From Halomicronema hongdechloris C2206 (GTDB lineage Bacteria > Cyanobacteriota > Cyanobacteriia > Phormidesmidales > Phormidesmidaceae), in assembly GCF_002075285.3 (NCBI RefSeq), contig NZ_CP021983.2, forward strand, positions 3,180,001 through 3,212,000: a DNA stretch of 32,000 nucleotides, given 5' to 3'. The translations under genes and the position numbers were made by a program. Positions 9,760-18,430 of this stretch are shown here, piece by piece; the stretch's first letter is position 1, and the number at the start of each line of letters is the position of its first letter. The notes under the pieces are model-generated. The model worked only from the letters and a program-made list of their open reading frames with translations, had not been told where the DNA came from and did not search any database.

Positions 9760-10002
9760 AATCTGTTCTCCTGTAAGCGTTCCCAGGGTAGGTCTAGGAT
9801 ATTAGTGATGTGTCCTGGCGGAGTGTGACGATATAAACCATGTCTCTAGCTAATCTGGAAGGTTGATTCAAGGGAACCCTCTAGCTCTCGAGGAAACCGA
9901 CTATTTGGATGCATACGGTTGAGGGAACTAGATATATTAGCCTGTCACACTGCGACTATTTGATTCACTTATTGTCAGGTATCTATTGCATTCGCCGGAT
10001 AT

Positions 10003-10626
10003 ATGACTCAATTTGAAGAGAATCAGCGGTGTCAGGGCGTTTCGTTACCGTTTGAGTCACCGCCGCAGGACGTTTTAGACCATGCTCTAGATGAAATTCT
10101 AGGCAAGGGAAATCCGTACTCCTATTCTGTACTGACAGCTATAGAGCGCAGTCTCAGACAGAATCGGCTATCTCCCATGGTAGAAGCTTACGAAATTTTG
10201 AATGAAGCCTATTTGCGAGGTAAGAAACAACTCCAGGCTGGATTGGTCATTTACAATCCCCATGCCTGGCTGAAGTACACGGGATTCAATGTCATTCGTG
10301 AACGCCGACGTAAACAACGGGCTAGGGCAACTGATCCTGGCATTGTGGCGGCTTTGGTGTCTGACCAACGGCCAGGTCCAGTGCAGCGTTCTATCCTGGA
10401 GGCAGAAATTGAAGCGCTGCATCAGGCGATGGAGCAACTACGAGATGAAGAGCCCGAGGCAGCTGAATTGCTTTATCTCAGAACAGTAGAAGGATGGTCT
10501 TGGCGGCAAATTCGGCAGTGGTTGATACGCCAAGGACGAGACGCTCCCCATGAAGTTACGTTGCGACAGCGGGGATCTCGGGCCAAGAAACGTCTACGCA
10601 ATATCTTTCACCGTGTCATGGACTGA
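10003..10626 (+). CDS. Divergent sigma-70 family (ECF-like) factor
   Basis: 207-aa ORF. Region-2-like HAWLKYTGFNVIRERRRKQ and region-4-like ELLYLRTVEGWSWRQIRQWL...TLRQRGSRAKKRLRN. There is an N-terminal extension of about 60 aa. Confidence 0.6.
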   Translation: MTQFEENQRCQGVSLPFESPPQDVLDHALDEILGKGNPYSYSVLTAIERSLRQNRLSPMVEAYEILNEAYLRGKKQLQAGLVIYNPHAWLKYTGFNVIRERRRKQRARATDPGIVAALVSDQRPGPVQRSILEAEIEALHQAMEQLRDEEPEAAELLYLRTVEGWSWRQIRQWLIRQGRDAPHEVTLRQRGSRAKKRLRNIFHRVMD

Positions 10627-10734
10627 TGGAGCCGTGACCGGTTGCTGTCACTTTAGTCTTCCTGGCTGATGGGTGGGGGGGTTGACCGCTAGTCTGTGTC
10701 AGGGCTAGGATTCCAAAGGCTATACGTTTCGTTC

Positions 10735-10827
10735 ATGGTGCACCAGCAGTTACTACTACGCTACGTTGTCGCCAGCTTCCTGTTGGAGCTAAGGCTGCTG
10801 CTGCGCCTTGGGCGCAGATAGATTTTT
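10735..10827 (+). promoter_or_regulatory. Candidate Leu-rich leader ORF (28 codons, 10 Leu) ending in a terminator-like hairpin, upstream of leuA
   Basis: ATG 10735 to TAG 10819-10821 encodes MVHQQLLLRYVVASFLLELRLLLRLGRR. Hairpin CTGCGCC (10801-10807), loop TTG, GGCGCAG (10811-10817), then ATAGATTTTT. A possible promoter is TTGACC (10682-10687), N18, TAGGAT. Confidence 0.3.
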
Positions 10828-11082
10828 CACATAAAGGCTAATAGCCCTGAATATATTTTCGTCGAGCTTAGCTCAGAGGTGTGCCTCTAAAGCGCAACTG
10901 TCTTCGAGGTGGCTTGGAGCTGAGTAAGGATTGACTCTGGTTAATCGCTTCGGGAAGTGCTGGTTCAGGATGATTTAGAGGGATCATTGTTGTCGACTGG
11001 TGTCCCGAAGAATAGGTCCGAATTTACTACTGCTAAGGCAGCTACGCCATAGCGATGGCCTGATTTTTGACTACGTTACCCC

Positions 11083-12792
11083 GTGGAGCTGACACTGATG
11101 TTACGTCAACCTGAAACCAAATATCGTCCTGTCGTACCAGTGGCCTTACCAGACCGTACCTGGCCTAATCAGGTGATTACTCATCCGCCTATCTGGCTTA
11201 GCACTGATCTACGCGATGGCAATCAGGCCCTAATTGAGCCTATGTCAGTGGAGCGTAAGTTACGGATATTTGAGCTCCTAGTAGCTATTGGCTTTAAGGA
11301 GATTGAAGTAGCGTTTCCAGCGGCCTCTCAAACGGATTTTGAATTTGTTCGCAAGCTGATCGAAGAGGAGCGGATTCCAGAGGATGTCACGATTCAGGTG
11401 TTGACCCAGGCTCGAGAAGATCTGATTCGGCGCACCTTTGAGGCATTGCAGGGAGCAGCACGGGCCATCGTCCATGTCTACAATGCCACATCACCATTGT
11501 TTCGGCGGGTAGTGTTTCAACGGGAGCGGCAACGCACAATTGAGTTAGCCGTGACGGCAGCTCGACTAATGCGCTCTTTGGCAGCAGCACACCCAGAGAC
11601 GGAGTGGCGCTTCCAGTATTCACCGGAGACGTTTACGGCGACGGAGTTGGACTTTGCCCGGGACATTTGTAATGCCGTGTTAACGGTATGGCAACCAACC
11701 CTAGAGCGTAAGGCGATTATTAATCTGCCGGCTACGGTGGAAGTGGCGACTCCCAATATCTTTGCCGATCAGGTGGAATGGATGCATCGACACTTAGCCT
11801 ACCGTGAACAGGTGGTGTTGAGTGTGCATAACCACAATGATCGGGGCAGTGGTATTGGTGCTGCAGAATTGGCCCAAATGGCTGGAGCTGACCGGGTGGA
11901 GGGTTGTCTGTTTGGCAATGGAGAACGCACTGGCAATGTGGATCTGGTCACCCTGGCCTTAAATCTCTATACTCAGGGAATTCATCCAGGATTGGATTTC
12001 TCCCGGATTAATGAGGTGGCTCGCACGGTAGAAGAGTGCACTCAGTTGCCGATTCATCCGCGACATCCCTATGTGGGGGATTTGGTCTTTACGGCGTTTT
12101 CAGGGTCGCATCAGGATGCCATTCGCAAGGGCTTAGCGGCTCAGCAGCCGGGAACTCCTTGGGAGGTGCCTTATTTACCGCTTGATCCGACTGATGTAGG
12201 CCGTACCTATGAGTCGGTGGTGCGGGTTAATAGCCAATCGGGCAAGGGGGGAATTGCGTTTCTGCTAGAGCAAGATTATCAATTGAGTCTGCCGCGCCGA
12301 TTACAGATTGAGTTTAGCCGAGTAGTGCAGCAGGCAATGGATGAGCAGGGGCGCGAGATGACGTCGGCAGATCTCTGGCAGCTATTTGAGCAAGAATATC
12401 TGCAGGCAACCGCTCCTTTCAAATATGTGTTGCATCATTGGCGCGATGATGTCGTGCAACCGTCGATGATGGCAGCGGTGGAGTTGGAAGACTCTCCGAT
12501 CACCATCGAAGGGAATGGTAATGGCCCTATTGATGCTTTTGTCCATGCGTTGAATCTAGGGGTGCGAGTGCATCACTATGAGGAGCGCTCTTTGAGTCAA
12601 GGGAGTGAGGCCGATGCGATCGCATGTGTCGAAATCGCCACCGACTGGTTAACGTCGCCAGTCCATGGGGTTGGCATTCACAGTAGTATTGTCACCGCCT
12701 CGCTCTTAGCGGTGCTGAGTGCAGTCAATCGAGGATTAGGTCGCCTACCATCAGAGCAGCGTCAGCAGTTACTAGCTCAAGCCTATTCCTGA
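11083..12792 (+). CDS. leuA: 2-isopropylmalate synthase, long form (actinobacterial/yeast LeuA type with C-terminal regulatory domain)
   Basis: KYRP...[93 protein letters not shown] and [12 protein letters not shown] are near-identical in pattern to long-form LeuA. The start is either GTG 11083 or ATG 11098. Confidence 0.95.
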   Translation: MELTLMLRQPETKYRPVVPVALPDRTWPNQVITHPPIWLSTDLRDGNQALIEPMSVERKLRIFELLVAIGFKEIEVAFPAASQTDFEFVRKLIEEERIPEDVTIQVLTQAREDLIRRTFEALQGAARAIVHVYNATSPLFRRVVFQRERQRTIELAVTAARLMRSLAAAHPETEWRFQYSPETFTATELDFARDICNAVLTVWQPTLERKAIINLPATVEVATPNIFADQVEWMHRHLAYREQVVLSVHNHNDRGSGIGAAELAQMAGADRVEGCLFGNGERTGNVDLVTLALNLYTQGIHPGLDFSRINEVARTVEECTQLPIHPRHPYVGDLVFTAFSGSHQDAIRKGLAAQQPGTPWEVPYLPLDPTDVGRTYESVVRVNSQSGKGGIAFLLEQDYQLSLPRRLQIEFSRVVQQAMDEQGREMTSADLWQLFEQEYLQATAPFKYVLHHWRDDVVQPSMMAAVELEDSPITIEGNGNGPIDAFVHALNLGVRVHHYEERSLSQGSEADAIACVEIATDWLTSPVHGVGIHSSIVTASLLAVLSAVNRGLGRLPSEQRQQLLAQAYS

Positions 12793-13129
12793 TGACCCCA
12801 TAATCTACCCGTGCCAGGGGAGCTCCCTTAAGACTTCCCTAGCGCGGGCCTGATTAGCGCGGGCCCGATTACAATCACTATCAGAAAACCCTATAGAGCC
12901 AAAACAAATCCTAGGGAATGAGAGCATAAACGCGCTCTAAAATACCTATTCCCTTGCCGCGATGTCCCCAGCAATAATCAAGAGTATAAATACTTATTTT
13001 TCAGATTTTGTCGTCTATGTTACGGGACGTCAACAACAGAATTCTAGATAGACTTACTAGTGCTCTCTTGTCCTTGTACAATGATCCCAAAGGGAAGTTT
13101 ACGGATATCTAGGCACCTTTAAAGTAGAT

Positions 13130-13519
13130 ATGTCAATTTCTGTTAACGAAAACACCTTTAAGAGAGAGGTAATGGAGTCATCTACTCCTGTCTTAGTTCA
13201 TTTTTGGGCACCCTGGTGCGGTTTATGTAAGATGATCTCGCCCGTGCTAGAGCACTTCCAGAGTGAATGGCACGACTACATTCGGTTGATAGATATTAAT
13301 GCGGATGAGAACCTAAAACTCGCCAATTTCTATCGCCTTACGACGTTACCGACCCTCATGTTCTTTGACCATGGCCATCTTTATCAGCGCCTAGACACCT
13401 TCCGGGGCAAAGATGATTTGCGCATGGTCTTGGACGCCTTTATGCGTAGCCGTGAGATGGAAGGGTATATCGCTAATTTGACACCAATTTATCCGTATAC
13501 TCGCGGGCGATCTGACTAG
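13130..13519 (+). CDS. trxC: Thioredoxin with atypical WCGLC active site (TrxC-type)
   Basis: 129-aa ORF. VLVHFWAPWCGLCKMISP has Leu in place of the canonical Pro, plus TLPTLMFF (cis-Pro loop). The WCGLC motif is the described hallmark of the cyanobacteria-specific TrxC. Confidence 0.7.
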   Translation: MSISVNENTFKREVMESSTPVLVHFWAPWCGLCKMISPVLEHFQSEWHDYIRLIDINADENLKLANFYRLTTLPTLMFFDHGHLYQRLDTFRGKDDLRMVLDAFMRSREMEGYIANLTPIYPYTRGRSD

Positions 13520-13584
13520 TACACCCAAGCAGACGTAAAAGGACCTAGGGGAGGCAGACAGGGAAATCCTGCTCAATAGAGGTG

Positions 13585-14739
13585 TTATTTCTGCGGCAGG
13601 GTATTCGGCAGGTATCCTTCCAGTAAGAGATCTGAACCGACTGCATGCCAGCTGAAAGACTTCAGGGCAATCGCTTGAGTCATGTGATCTATGCCTAGAT
13701 CACCGATAGGTCCCGGGGCAGTTTGGCCACCAATGACTTTGGCCGCAACGAAGGCCCAGATTTTCTGAATGCTGCCATCGGCAATGGCTTGGGCCGCCAA
13801 CGTACCGCCACATTCCCACAACACCGATAAGTAACCACGCCCGTATAGGGTAGCCATCACCGTTGCGGGAGTTAGCCTTGGCAGGGCAATGACCTCTACG
13901 CCGCGCTCCATGAGAGCCTGCTGGCGCTCCGGGGGAACATCGGCCTGGGTAAATACCTGGGTCGGGGCAGGGGTCACATCCCACAGTTGGGCAGTCTCTG
14001 GTAAATTCAATTGGCGACTCATGATGATGCGGCAGGGGTTGCGATCGCACACCCCATGGCTCGTCAATAATGGGTCATCACGGCGCACCGTATTGCCCCC
14101 CACAATCACCGCATCACAGCTTGCCCGCAGACGATGCACCTCAGTGCGAGCCGCAAGACCGCTAATCCACTGGCTATGGCCAGTAGACGTGGCAATCTTG
14201 CCGTCTAATGTCATAGCGTACTTGAAGATGCCAAAGGGCCGACGATACACACAGCGATGCACAAATGCTTCATTGATTTTTTGACAATCGGCCTCCGCAA
14301 CACCGACCGTCACCTCAACCCCCGCCTGGCGTAGTCGCTCAATCCCCTGGCCTGAGACCCGCTCATCCGGGTCCACCATGCCCACCACGACACGAGCAAT
14401 CCCCGCCTGCAAAATGGCCTCTGTACAGGGAGGAGTGCGACCATAGTGATTACACGGTTCTAGGTTGACATAGAGTGTTGCCCGCCGAGCCTGGTCAGCG
14501 GCAGCCTGCAGGGCAAATACTTCAGCATGGGGATGTCCAGCCCCGGGGTGAGCCCCTTCTCCAACCAACTGTCCCTCTCTCACCACCACAGCTCCTACCA
14601 GAGGATTCGGAGCCGTTTTCCCAGCCATCTGCCCAGCTAGCACCAAGCAGCGCCGCATCCATGCTTCGTCACCCCACTCAGCTGTCAAGTCCCCTTCCTC
14701 CTTCACAGGTGCTGTAGAATGCTCTCCAACGGTGGCCAT
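13585..14739 (-). CDS. ribD: Bifunctional riboflavin biosynthesis protein RibD (deaminase/reductase)
   Basis: Deaminase zinc motifs HAEVFAL and PCNHYGRTPPC. C-terminal reductase domain (KYAMTLDGKIATSTGHSQWISG, GGNTVRRDDPLLT). An alternative start is the ATG at 14658 (MRRCLVLAGQ). Confidence 0.93.
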   Translation of the reverse strand: MATVGEHSTAPVKEEGDLTAEWGDEAWMRRCLVLAGQMAGKTAPNPLVGAVVVREGQLVGEGAHPGAGHPHAEVFALQAAADQARRATLYVNLEPCNHYGRTPPCTEAILQAGIARVVVGMVDPDERVSGQGIERLRQAGVEVTVGVAEADCQKINEAFVHRCVYRRPFGIFKYAMTLDGKIATSTGHSQWISGLAARTEVHRLRASCDAVIVGGNTVRRDDPLLTSHGVCDRNPCRIIMSRQLNLPETAQLWDVTPAPTQVFTQADVPPERQQALMERGVEVIALPRLTPATVMATLYGRGYLSVLWECGGTLAAQAIADGSIQKIWAFVAAKVIGGQTAPGPIGDLGIDHMTQAIALKSFSWHAVGSDLLLEGYLPNTLPQK

Positions 14740-14953
14740 TGCTGCAGCCAGCTATCTTCAACCCAGCATCCATAGACGATAATCGACAACGGCATCCTGT
14801 CATGGTCCAGCCACAATCAGGGATAGTGTTGCTTATTATTGCGAAATGCGTACACTTTGAAACGTGGTGACCAATATCACTCCTGGATTACCCTTCCCAA
14901 ATCAACTCTAGCTGGGTAAGGATGCATGCAGTGAGTGGGGGAGTGATTACACC

Positions 14954-16735
14954 ATGCAACGAAAACCATCACCTTGGACAACCTGGCAGCGCTACCTGTG
15001 GCTAGCGATAGTCACGATCCTCCTGGTCTTTACGAGTCATCCCTCCTGGCTGCAGGCGCAAGAGGCCGAAAGTACACCAGTAGCCCCATCGCTACCCCTA
15101 CTGCATTCCCTAGAAGACTTAACACCATCGGATGTCCCCGCACTACTGGCTGGTGAAGAACGAGACGTTGTCTCAGCTCCCGTACGCCTAGATGGACGCA
15201 CCCTATTCTTTGTGGCGGCTCCAGTCATCGACCCGAATGATCGCCCCAATGACATCTTATCCGCCGATCAGCGAGCCCAAGAGATCGAAGAACGATTGCG
15301 GGAACTCGCCCGTCGCCAGCTCACGGCCCAAACCCTAGACGTCACTTGGGAGCTAGAGTCCAGCAGTAACCAGCCCATCATCTATGTCAACGGCGACTTT
15401 CTCTTCACCGTGACTGCCCTAGACGCCCAACTCCAAGGGATGAACAACCTGGAAATTCGAGCCAATGAATTAACCCGGGTTATTCAACGAGCATTGCTGC
15501 GTTATGTCCAACAACGCCAGCCCGCCTTCCTGTGGCGCCAGAGCAAAATAGCGGCCGCGATCTTACTGGCCCTGGCTGTGACGAGTTATCTGCTGACGCG
15601 CTTCCAAGCAGCGCTCAAGAGTCGAAAACAAGCCCTTGCCAACAAGGAAACGATCGAGTTCGACAACGACCACCTCGCCACTGCCCTCAGACAACAAATG
15701 GTCAACCGGGAACGACGGGGTATTTTGGATCTACAACGGGGACTGTTGCGATTAGGGCAGATAGCCCTATGGCTAGGCGGCGGCTTTATTTTATTGGGCC
15801 TCTTCCCCTATACCCGGTGGCTGCAGCACGTCATCCTCAATGGCTTGAAATTGCCGTTTAGGCTAACCCTATTAAGCCTGATCGTCTATTGGCTGATTCG
15901 CCTCAGTAATCTCTGGGTTGATCGCCTTTTTATTACTTTGCAAGAGGGGTCACGATTAGCCCCTGAACCCTCCGAGCGCCTCGCTCTCCGCTTTTCTACC
16001 TTCTCTCAAGTCGCCAAGAGTATCGTAGACTTTATCATCCTGACGATTGGATTGCTCATGGGGTTAACCCTGCTTGGATTTCAAGTAGGTCCTTTAATCA
16101 CAGGGGCCGGCATCGTTGGTTTAGCCATATCCCTAGCCTCTCAAAACTTAATCCGAGACATCATTAATGGGTTTTTAATTCTATTAGAAGATCAATACGG
16201 CGTTGGAGACGTCATCGTCGTCGGTGAGGTGGCAGGATTTGTCGAAACCATGAACCTGCGTATTACCCAGCTCCGCAACGAAGAAGGTCGCCTGATTACC
16301 ATTCCCAATAGCCAAGTCACCATCGTACAAAACTTATCCAAGGAGTGGTCTCGCGTCGATCTCTTGATTCCAGTGGCGTTAACAGCTGATCTAGATCAGG
16401 CCCTCTTAATCGTCAGACAGGTCGCCGACGCTATGGGCCAAGATGAGTCCTGGGGGTCACTGATATTAGAACCACCATTGCTGCTAGGCGTTGACCAACT
16501 CGATCATGCTGGAGCGACCATTCGCCTCTGGATTAAAACTCGACCTCTGAAACAATGGGATGTCGCTCGGGAATATCGCCGTCGCCTTAAAATTGCCTTC
16601 GAACAAGCTGGTATTGGCATCGGCGTCCCTCAGCAGGTGATCCATTTCCGGAATTTCGATGGAAATGGGCGTGTTGCCCATTCTGACCTCTCCCCCTCAG
16701 AGGTCAGATCATCAGCGACCCAGAACCATCAGTAA
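14954..16735 (+). CDS. Mechanosensitive ion channel, MscS family, with large N-terminal extension
   Basis: 593-aa ORF. Signal/TM N-terminus, several TM helices, and an MscS core ASQNLIRDIINGFLILLEDQYGVGDVIVVGEVAGFVETMNLRITQLRNEEGRLITIPNS. Confidence 0.88.
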   Translation: MQRKPSPWTTWQRYLWLAIVTILLVFTSHPSWLQAQEAESTPVAPSLPLLHSLEDLTPSDVPALLAGEERDVVSAPVRLDGRTLFFVAAPVIDPNDRPNDILSADQRAQEIEERLRELARRQLTAQTLDVTWELESSSNQPIIYVNGDFLFTVTALDAQLQGMNNLEIRANELTRVIQRALLRYVQQRQPAFLWRQSKIAAAILLALAVTSYLLTRFQAALKSRKQALANKETIEFDNDHLATALRQQMVNRERRGILDLQRGLLRLGQIALWLGGGFILLGLFPYTRWLQHVILNGLKLPFRLTLLSLIVYWLIRLSNLWVDRLFITLQEGSRLAPEPSERLALRFSTFSQVAKSIVDFIILTIGLLMGLTLLGFQVGPLITGAGIVGLAISLASQNLIRDIINGFLILLEDQYGVGDVIVVGEVAGFVETMNLRITQLRNEEGRLITIPNSQVTIVQNLSKEWSRVDLLIPVALTADLDQALLIVRQVADAMGQDESWGSLILEPPLLLGVDQLDHAGATIRLWIKTRPLKQWDVAREYRRRLKIAFEQAGIGIGVPQQVIHFRNFDGNGRVAHSDLSPSEVRSSATQNHQ

Positions 16736-16982
16736 GACTTGGACATGTCACCTGAGCTGAATGGGAAACCAGCAGGGTTACTCAATGATCGCTGGCCTGA
16801 CCAGAGGCTACTCCATAGCCAGGGATCACTCGCCCCATTACAGTTATCCAGCCAATAGAATCCATAGTTTTAGTGCCAATGTGCGAAATCAAGACCATTT
16901 GGGATGAATAACTATAGTAAGCGGGTAATCCCCCATTTCTCCCGTGATCGTCCAATGTTCAACTTGCCTCAGGAGTTCTACC

Positions 16983-17117
16983 ATGGTGTCTTCCGGAAAT
17001 CATAAGCCCAATCAACCTGCCAAGCGATCCTCGCGCCGTCAGCGCCATCTAGCCAAAGCCTATAAGCCCACCAATCGGGGTAAGCCAAAGCGGCTCCAGC
17101 CTGGTGGTTCCCGTTAG
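16983..17117 (+). CDS. Candidate small, highly basic protein (44 aa)
   Basis: Below the ORF-track cutoff. AGGAG lies 7 nt upstream of the ATG. It encodes MVSSGNHKPNQPAKRSSRRQRHLAKAYKPTNRGKPKRLQPGGSR, with 13 Lys/Arg and no acidic residues. Confidence 0.35.
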   Translation: MVSSGNHKPNQPAKRSSRRQRHLAKAYKPTNRGKPKRLQPGGSR

Positions 17118-17292
17118 GGCATAGTCACTACAGATTTTGGTTTTTATTAACGGTGCTTGGTTGAGTTGCACTAACTACCTATCTAGCTGGAGATCTGGGC
17201 TGGCTGACAACCAGTACATACCCTAATCAGATAACTGCTTAGTCTCAACCAAGACTGACTATCCTAAGCCGCTGTTTGACTATCTCCATAGC

Positions 17293-18081
17293 TCATTGAC
17301 GCGACACGGTGAGGCGATAGCTGGCGTCACCGTGCTCGCTGCTGACAACCACGTAATAAGCCCCACTGGTGGATAGGGGCACATCAGCAACGACAGCCCG
17401 GTGCATCAAGAGATTACCATCGGGAGAAACCACGTCAAAAACGGCATTGTTGTTGAGAGAGGTCAAGTCTAGAACAATTTGCTGCCCAATATTGCCATCA
17501 AGACGATAAATCTTTCGCTCTCCCATCGCCACCTGCTCCTCAACAGTCGTCATAGATGTTCCAGGGGTAAACTGAATTGCTGTAGACCCGACATCTGAAA
17601 TGGAAGTCGGAGAGACCACCTCTTCCAACGCAGTCTGGTCTGCACATGGAATTCGTTGATAATGCTGGCGTGGGCCGCTTAATTCTGTTGCCGTCATTAC
17701 CCAAAATTCTCGAACTTGCTGAATGTCTGACTCTATGGTGGTCGTCACTGTTAACGACAGACGGGACTGCTCCAACCGACCAGACAGGGTTTTATCGTAG
17801 ACGGTATAGAAGTTTCCTTGCTCATGCTGGATGATACCTGATCCTTGGCCTGTCACAGCATAATCTGGAGCCAGAACCAACCGGAGGTCTGCCGAGAGAG
17901 TTTCGGTTCTAGCCTGAAAACAATACGTTCCCGGAGATAGATGAACAGATGAGTCAGAAGCCGTAGCCGTCGAGTCAGTTGGGACAGAGGCTTCTCCCAT
18001 ATAAAGTTCTAAAGGGGCAGATTGGCAGCTACTCAACGCTATCAACCAGCCTATGTTGAGCAAGTAATCTGACAGCCTCAT
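17293..18081 (-). CDS. Hypothetical lipoprotein with a C-terminal beta-rich (pre-peptidase-C-terminal-like) module
   Basis: 262-aa ORF. Signal peptide with lipobox-like LIALSSC. The C-terminal YRLDGNIGQQIVLDLTSLNNNAVFDVVSPDGNLL...GAYYVVVSSEHGDASYRLTV resembles PPC/bacterial pre-peptidase domains. I recognise no family for the N-terminal half. Confidence 0.55.
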   Translation of the reverse strand: MRLSDYLLNIGWLIALSSCQSAPLELYMGEASVPTDSTATASDSSVHLSPGTYCFQARTETLSADLRLVLAPDYAVTGQGSGIIQHEQGNFYTVYDKTLSGRLEQSRLSLTVTTTIESDIQQVREFWVMTATELSGPRQHYQRIPCADQTALEEVVSPTSISDVGSTAIQFTPGTSMTTVEEQVAMGERKIYRLDGNIGQQIVLDLTSLNNNAVFDVVSPDGNLLMHRAVVADVPLSTSGAYYVVVSSEHGDASYRLTVSRQ

Positions 18082-18430
18082 TATGGCGAGAGATATGGCA
18101 ACAGTACAAATACAGCCCGCATTGGGCGGCCCTTAGGGACAGCTCTAGGAGGCACCTAACGAGTTCCCCCAAGTGTAGCCATTCGATGGTGATTATCGGC
18201 ATACCTTGAGCAACAGAACGCATAGCCTTATCCTCCCTCTACGTCTACAGGAATGGGATAATCTATCGGGATAGTTTTGCCCTGACAAGAGAGGGGCTCC
18301 AGCACTGACTCAATAAAGCCAGTGAGAATGCCTAGCGTCTGCCCCAGGAGAGTGAGATAGTACCGATAGACTAGTTAGTTACCAATGATTGACTCTTTCT
18401 AGTCATCTGCTCTCTGCTTCGCAATCATCT

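Noticed and set aside
13700-14284. 116-aa and 131-aa ORFs overlapping ribD
   Set aside because: These are alternative-frame and antisense shadows of ribD with Arg/Pro/Gly-rich nonsense-like composition.
14740-14953. Possible FMN riboswitch upstream of ribD
   Set aside because: None of the conserved FMN-element sequence blocks is visible on the minus strand, and the region is a short divergent promoter.
17156-17253. 10-bp inverted repeat CTTGGTTGAG / CTCAACCAAG separated by 78 nt between convergent genes
   Set aside because: The loop is too large for a terminator. There is no flanking extension, target-site duplication or internal coding capacity to support a MITE. It is probably fortuitous.
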